A stretch of DNA of 64,000 nucleotides. Origin: Oscillospiraceae bacterium (GTDB lineage: Bacteria > Bacillota > Clostridia > Monoglobales > Monoglobaceae). A model generated the notes under the pieces. The model had not been told where the DNA came from and made no database searches. It saw only the letters and a list, made by a program, of their open reading frames with translations. The stretch lies in the NCBI GenBank assembly GCA_015068845.1, contig SVJR01000004.1:10779-74778 (forward strand), written 5' to 3'. Shown here piece by piece: positions 59,240-64,000 of the stretch (positions within the stretch are counted from its first letter, which is position 1; every line of letters starts with the position of its first letter). Position numbers and translations under genes: made by a program.

Positions 59240-59485
59240 CTATTTATCATATTTGATTAATTCTTTGCATCTTTCCGAAAAGAAGTCATCAATGTTATTT
59301 TCATCATACAATGCAACTGTTATTTCTTTTGAATAATCTTCATTATTTATGTGAAAATGATTGCCTCTTGTATCATCATTAACCAAATCTTCCAAATCTG
59401 AAATAAGTTGCTCTGCTTCCTGTTTTGTAAACAACAACAAAATGTTTTTTAAGGCTTTATCTCTGTCTTCGTCTAAAATTCTCAT
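59240..59485 (-). CDS. Small acidic hypothetical protein (immunity-protein-like)
   Basis: 81 aa, AAGGAG RBS upstream, and rich in D/E. No family was recognised with confidence. Confidence 0.5.
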   Translation of the reverse strand: MRILDEDRDKALKNILLLFTKQEAEQLISDLEDLVNDDTRGNHFHINNEDYSKEITVALYDENNIDDFFSERCKELIKYDK

Positions 59486-59613
59486 ATTTTTCTCCTTAGT
59501 AATTTTATTTTATACTATTTACACTTATTATAAAGACTGTATAATCCGGATAACATTCGTTTTTAGCTGTCGTTCGTGTCGGATCAGGGCTAAAAACACA
59601 AATACATTGAAAT

Positions 59614-59910
59614 TTACCTTGTTAATTCAACTTTAACATCATGATCCGAGTCATTATACAGCATAATTTCCAATAGCATTAATATCGTTTCATCACCTAA
59701 ATCCTTTTTGCTTTTGCCATAGTTTATCCACTTAATAGTGATGGGTTCATTATATTCATGTACACCAAACCCTCCACGCAATAAATCATTAAAGGCATGT
59801 ATATTATGCCCCGTCTTCCATTGCAAATTTTTTGTTAATAATTTATCTATTTCGTCATAGAAACCTTCCATGTCAGAAAAGTTATTGCCGTCTAATATGA
59901 ATGTGGTCAT
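59614..59910 (-). CDS. Barstar-family ribonuclease inhibitor, orphan
   Basis: FILDGNNFSDMEGFYDEIDKLL...GHNIHAFNDLLRGG...ITIKW follows the barstar layout (LDG..i.s.e.l...l...l.fP.yyG.NlDAl.DcL.g....p..i.W). Confidence 0.65.
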   Translation of the reverse strand: MTTFILDGNNFSDMEGFYDEIDKLLTKNLQWKTGHNIHAFNDLLRGGFGVHEYNEPITIKWINYGKSKKDLGDETILMLLEIMLYNDSDHDVKVELTR

Positions 59911-60042
59911 ATCTGTATCTCCTTCGTCAAATTGTTATTTGTCTTTCTACAACATTCGACAGTCTTTATAGTCTTATATCAAGTTAAGTCTAAAAACTAT
60001 TTATTTACATATACTAACCAAAAAACCAATGCGAGGTATTTT

Positions 60043-60483
60043 ATGATAGTTCTATTTTTGTGTATTCTTGCAATCTTTGCAGGGGTACTGGTCAACGCAA
60101 AATTCCGTGTTTTCACCTTTAAAACCTGTATCGCCTTTTCGCTGCTTTTAATTCTGTCGGTATTTTGTGGTCGGACACTGAACTTTTATGCGACCGTTCC
60201 CTACTGGGACAAAGTTCTCCACTTTGAGTCCGGCTTTATCTTTGCCCGTGCCGGCAAAGAGCTGTATCTCCGGCTTGGCGGAAGCTTAGAGAAAAAGTGG
60301 CTTTCCCTCTGTTTTTCGCTGTTTGCCGCCATTTCTGCCGCCGCAATTTGGGAAATATGGGAATTTGCCGGAGACAGCCTGTTTGGCTTAACCTCTCAGA
60401 ACAATTCCCTTCAAGACACTATGCTTGATATAATCCTCGGTTCTGTAAGCGGCGCAATATACTCCCTGTTTCTCCTCTTTTAA
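60043..60483 (+). CDS. Small integral membrane protein (possibly YjdF/DUF2238-like)
   Basis: About 4-5 TM helices and a WDKVLHFESGFIF motif. The start is the ATG at 60043, after GAGG. Confidence 0.5.
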   Translation: MIVLFLCILAIFAGVLVNAKFRVFTFKTCIAFSLLLILSVFCGRTLNFYATVPYWDKVLHFESGFIFARAGKELYLRLGGSLEKKWLSLCFSLFAAISAAAIWEIWEFAGDSLFGLTSQNNSLQDTMLDIILGSVSGAIYSLFLLF

Positions 60484-61403
60484 TCAAGCCTTGGCAACAT
60501 CCTGATTGCCGCAAGCAAATCACCCAGTTTATCCGACTTTTTGACCGCCTTGAAGGTCTTTTTCTCGTCGGGGAAATTCCACATTATATACATCCAGATT
60601 TCCTTCAGCTTATGGAGTGTGTAAACCTCCGAGCCGAGAACCTTTAAATACCGCTCCGCAAGAATATCGGTAAATTCTATAAGCTCCCGTGTTTCTAAGG
60701 CTCTGCCGCCCTTTATCTCGCGGAAAATTGCCGGATTCATAACCGCACCTCTGCCAAACATAACCCCCCCAAGGTTGGGGAATTTTTCGCAAATTTCAAT
60801 GTGCTCCGACCTTAAGAATACATTGCCGTTGTAGCAGACAGCGTTTTTGGATACGGTGTATGCCCTCTCAAAAACCGCCATATCCGGCTCGCCGTTATAG
60901 AAGTCCGCTCTTGCTCTAGGGTGAATTATCAGGCTTGTGAGATTATACTTGTTGTAAATCTCCATCAGCTTGTCCAGCTCCGCACCCGACGAAAAGCCTG
61001 AACGGGTCTTAATTGAGATTTTCAGCTTGCTCTCCGCAAACACCCCGTCCAAAAATTGGTCAACGCCCTCAACATCACGCAAAAATCCCGAGCCACGGTT
61101 CTTTTTGACCACTGTTCCCGAGGGACAGCCAAGATTAATATTTACGCTGTCATAGCCAAGTCCCCGTATTTTGTCCTCGAACTTTAGGAACGAGTCCGCA
61201 CGATTGGTCAGCACCTGCACCGTTACATTCGTCTTATTCACATCGGGGTTAATGTCCCTGAGGCACTTCATCCCAATCTTCTCGTTATCGCTGGGAGTGA
61301 TGAACGGTGCAAAGTACCCATCACAGCCGCCAAAGAATTCGGCGTGGGTGTTGCGGTATGTGTAGGTTGTTATGCCCTCAAGGGGCGCAAAGTAAAGGTT
61401 CAT
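60480..61403 (-). CDS. tRNA-dihydrouridine synthase family protein
   Basis: FAPLEGITTYTYRN...VNINLGCPSGTVVKKNRGSGFL is the Dus TIM-barrel active-site region. The start codon abuts the upstream stop codon. Confidence 0.85.
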   Translation of the reverse strand: MNLYFAPLEGITTYTYRNTHAEFFGGCDGYFAPFITPSDNEKIGMKCLRDINPDVNKTNVTVQVLTNRADSFLKFEDKIRGLGYDSVNINLGCPSGTVVKKNRGSGFLRDVEGVDQFLDGVFAESKLKISIKTRSGFSSGAELDKLMEIYNKYNLTSLIIHPRARADFYNGEPDMAVFERAYTVSKNAVCYNGNVFLRSEHIEICEKFPNLGGVMFGRGAVMNPAIFREIKGGRALETRELIEFTDILAERYLKVLGSEVYTLHKLKEIWMYIMWNFPDEKKTFKAVKKSDKLGDLLAAIRMLPRLD

Positions 61404-64000
61404 TTATTCTTCAATTCCCATTTCCAGTTCCTCCATCTTGTCACGGATGGTCCTCAGGAACTTTGTGTTTTCTGCATCAATATTGTACTGCTCCACAATC
61501 TCACGGACGCGGTTTTCAACACGAAGAACATCCTCTAAAAGTGCCCGTGCCGGAAGCCTGTACGCACCGCTACCAAAAATTATCATCTGCTCCAGTCCGT
61601 CAGAGGTGGCAACAGTTACCTTATAATTCCGACTTAATTCCTTTGCCGCCTTTTCGATATAAGCATCGGCGGTTTGTGCCTCCTTGGTATACACAACCGT
61701 TATGCCGTTGACACGCTCTGCCTCGCCCGGATTGCCCTTGACCTTGTAGGCATCAAATACCAGAATAATCTCGCAGTCACGAAAGATTTTGTACGCTGAA
61801 ATTCTGTCGGTCAGCGCACTCCGAGCCGCCTCTAAGCTGTCGCCTGCCAGCTTTTTCAGGTAGTCCCATGCAAAAATTATGTTGTAGCCGTCAATAAGCA
61901 GGTATTCCTTATCGAATTCCTTTTTCTTTTTAGGCTTGTACTCGTATTCGGTATTCGCCGGCTTTGGTGTCCGCATTGCGTGGTTGGGGTTTTTGCGTTC
62001 CACCTTGCCATAGGTGTGCTCAAAAATTTTCAGCAGCTCGTCATCAGACGCACCAATGTTTCCCGTCCGCCGCACCAAAGTGTGCTCGTCCGCCGCTCGC
62101 TGCGGCTTTAACACGCTTTCAAGGTGCATATTATCGCACACCTCGTCCCACTTCACAACAACACCTGCACCGTGAGAACAGAACACGCTGTCTGCCGTGT
62201 TTTCCACATCGGCATCGACATTATAACCAATCTCCTCAATTATCTTTTCTGCATTTTTACAAGGTCCGTAGTCACGAAAAGCGCAGCTGAGCTTGCCCTT
62301 ACCGTGGGTGTAGCCGACAAGCTCCCTCTGGTAGTTGCGTATTGCATCTGCCGCCACGCTGCCCGTAATACGGGTTTTGCCGCCCCAGGAATGAGGGAGT
62401 GTAAATTCCGCACCCATAAAGTTGAGGTCGGTCATTGCCTTGCCCACATTCTCGTCGGGGACTTCAAGGGTAAAGTCATAGTACGGCTCAAGCAGTACAC
62501 TTTTTGCACACCTCAGTCCGTGCCGCACCGCACGATAGGTCGCCTGACGGAAGTCGCCGCCGTCGGTATGCTTGATGTGGGCCCGCCCCGACCTTAATGT
62601 AACCTTTATATCAGTTATCGGCGAGCCGGTCAGAACACCTATGTGCGTCTTTTCCATCAGGTGTGTCATAACAAGTCTCTGCCAGTTTTTGTCCAAAATA
62701 TCCTCGCTGCAATCCGCCGCAAACTGCAGTCCCGAGCCACGGGGCAGCGGCTCTAAAACAAGATGTACCTCGGCATAGTGACGGAGCGGCTCATAGTGGC
62801 CAACCCCCTCAACTCTTGCCTCTATCGTTTCCTTATATACAATGCGCCCCTCTTCGAACTCGACATCCATATCAAACCGCTTTGAAATCATCTGCTTCAG
62901 CACCTCAAGCTGAATTTCACCCATTACCCGAAGCTGAATTTCCCGAATAGGTGCATTCCATTCAACATTCAGCTGGGTCTCCTCCTGTTCAAGCTGTCTC
63001 AGCCTTTCAAGAGCTGTTCCATTGTCCACGCCCTTGGGGAGAATAACCCGATAACTGAAAATCGGCTCTGCCGTCAGCTTTTCCGAATTTTCCTCGAACC
63101 CCAGACCCTGTCCGGCATAGGTTCTTGTGGGTCCCGTAACCGCACAAACACAACCACTTTCCGCAATGTCGCAGTTTTTATATTTTTCGCCGGAATAAAT
63201 CCGGATTTCATTTACCTTTTCGCCGCCTGAGGCATCCTTTAGAATGTCCTTGACCTTAAGGCTGCCACCGGTTATCTTCATATATGTCAGCCTTTGTCCC
63301 TTATCGTCCTGACCGATTTTGAAAACCTTTGCACCAAACTCGCTCGGTGCGGCACTTTGCACGGTGAGCCGTACAAACGCTTTCAGGAAAGTTTCAACGC
63401 CCTGCATTTTAAGGGCCGCTCCCGAAAATACGGGGAAAACATCACGGCGTTTAATCGCTTTTTTAACAAGCTCCTCATCGATTTTTCCGTCGTCAAGGTA
63501 CATCTGCATCAGTTTTTCATCGCACATTGCAAGATTCTCGCAAAGGGCCTCACGGTCGGGGTCGCAAAAGTCAATAAAGTTGCCGCCAAAATCGGCTTTC
63601 AGCTCGTCTATAACGCGCATCTTATCCGCTCCGTCAAGGTCAAGCTTGTTTATAAATATAAATACAGGGATATTGTACTTTTTCAGCAAATCCCAAAGGG
63701 TTTTTGTGTGACCCTGAATCCCGTCTGTTGCGCTGATTACAAGGGTTGCGTAGTCTAAAACCGCAAGGGTGCGCTCTGCCTCTGCTGCAAAGTCGATATG
63801 ACCGGGGGTGTCAACAAGGGTGATTTGGGTATCGTCTACCGACAAAACCGCCTGCTTTGAAAACACTGTTATCCCACGGCTGCGCTCTATTTCGTCGGTG
63901 TCGAGAAAGGTGTTTTGAGTGTCAACTCTGCCAAAAGTCCGGATTTCGCCCGCACAGTAAAGAAGCCCCTCAGAAAGAGTGGTTTTGCCTGCGTCTACAT
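61404..64000 (-). CDS. TetM/EF-G-like translational GTPase fused to a C-terminal YacP/Rae1-type NYN ribonuclease domain; the N-terminus lies beyond the window end
   Basis: G-domain VDAGKTTL (63990s), DTPGHIDF, NKLD. EF-G/TetM-like domains II-V (MGEIQLEVL, GVGHYEPLRHYAEVHLVLEPLPRGSGLQF). The C-terminal 167 aa (61407-61907), LLIDGYNIIFAW...ILVFDAYKVKG...VVYTKEAQTADAYIE...VATSD..EQ, closely parallel the recalled B. subtilis YacP/Rae1 sequence. Confidence 0.85.
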   Translation of the reverse strand, partial: VDAGKTTLSEGLLYCAGEIRTFGRVDTQNTFLDTDEIERSRGITVFSKQAVLSVDDTQITLVDTPGHIDFAAEAERTLAVLDYATLVISATDGIQGHTKTLWDLLKKYNIPVFIFINKLDLDGADKMRVIDELKADFGGNFIDFCDPDREALCENLAMCDEKLMQMYLDDGKIDEELVKKAIKRRDVFPVFSGAALKMQGVETFLKAFVRLTVQSAAPSEFGAKVFKIGQDDKGQRLTYMKITGGSLKVKDILKDASGGEKVNEIRIYSGEKYKNCDIAESGCVCAVTGPTRTYAGQGLGFEENSEKLTAEPIFSYRVILPKGVDNGTALERLRQLEQEETQLNVEWNAPIREIQLRVMGEIQLEVLKQMISKRFDMDVEFEEGRIVYKETIEARVEGVGHYEPLRHYAEVHLVLEPLPRGSGLQFAADCSEDILDKNWQRLVMTHLMEKTHIGVLTGSPITDIKVTLRSGRAHIKHTDGGDFRQATYRAVRHGLRCAKSVLLEPYYDFTLEVPDENVGKAMTDLNFMGAEFTLPHSWGGKTRITGSVAADAIRNYQRELVGYTHGKGKLSCAFRDYGPCKNAEKIIEEIGYNVDADVENTADSVFCSHGAGVVVKWDEVCDNMHLESVLKPQRAADEHTLVRRTGNIGASDDELLKIFEHTYGKVERKNPNHAMRTPKPANTEYEYKPKKKKEFDKEYLLIDGYNIIFAWDYLKKLAGDSLEAARSALTDRISAYKIFRDCEIILVFDAYKVKGNPGEAERVNGITVVYTKEAQTADAYIEKAAKELSRNYKVTVATSDGLEQMIIFGSGAYRLPARALLEDVLRVENRVREIVEQYNIDAENTKFLRTIRDKMEELEMGIEE

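Noticed and set aside
61404-64000. Calling the GTPase a tetracycline-resistance ribosomal protection protein (TetM/TetW)
   Set aside because: The similarity is at the family-architecture level only. The extra C-terminal NYN domain and the chromosomal operon with a tRNA-dihydrouridine synthase gene argue for a different role. A resistance phenotype cannot be inferred from the sequence.

Overview
The window looks like a chromosomal segment from a spore-forming Clostridia-type Firmicute. This rests on spoVG, yqfC, yqfD, ylbJ and the conserved phoH-ybeY-era-yqzL-recO and dgt-dnaG-rpoD gene orders. A finer placement, such as Oscillospiraceae or Ruminococcaceae, is only a guess.

Most of the window is housekeeping: partial lepA, galE, rpoC, rpoB, rsmA, yhbY, murC, trmK, tsaE, tsaB, a PFK, ptsH and a tRNA-dihydrouridine synthase gene.

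Accessory content:
- A cell-wall polymer module (10954-14231): an LCP ligase plus a GT4::CsaB pyruvyltransferase fusion.
- A visibly AT-richer nine-gene polysaccharide locus (39515-48623) directly downstream of tRNA-Ser(GGA).
- A sugar-phosphate or amino-sugar gene cluster (48785-54212).
- An ECF-type transporter operon (55745-59168).
- Two orphan immunity-like genes, one of them barstar-like (59240-59910).

No CRISPR array, integrase, transposase or recognisable defence system is visible.

The two most unusual observations:
1. Two paralogous modules at about 24.4 kb and 54.4 kb. Each has a TTGCAA-N17-TATAAT promoter, a three-stem nested leader RNA whose stems differ in sequence but keep their pairing, an intrinsic terminator, and an acidic micro-ORF of 49 or 52 aa that is absent from the ORF track.
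2. A single ORF that fuses a TetM/EF-G-like translational GTPase to a YacP/Rae1-type NYN RNase domain (61404 to beyond 64000).

The intergenic regions also carry several families of short palindromic, REP/MITE-like repeats. All coordinates and counts were made by hand from the sequence. No database search was possible.
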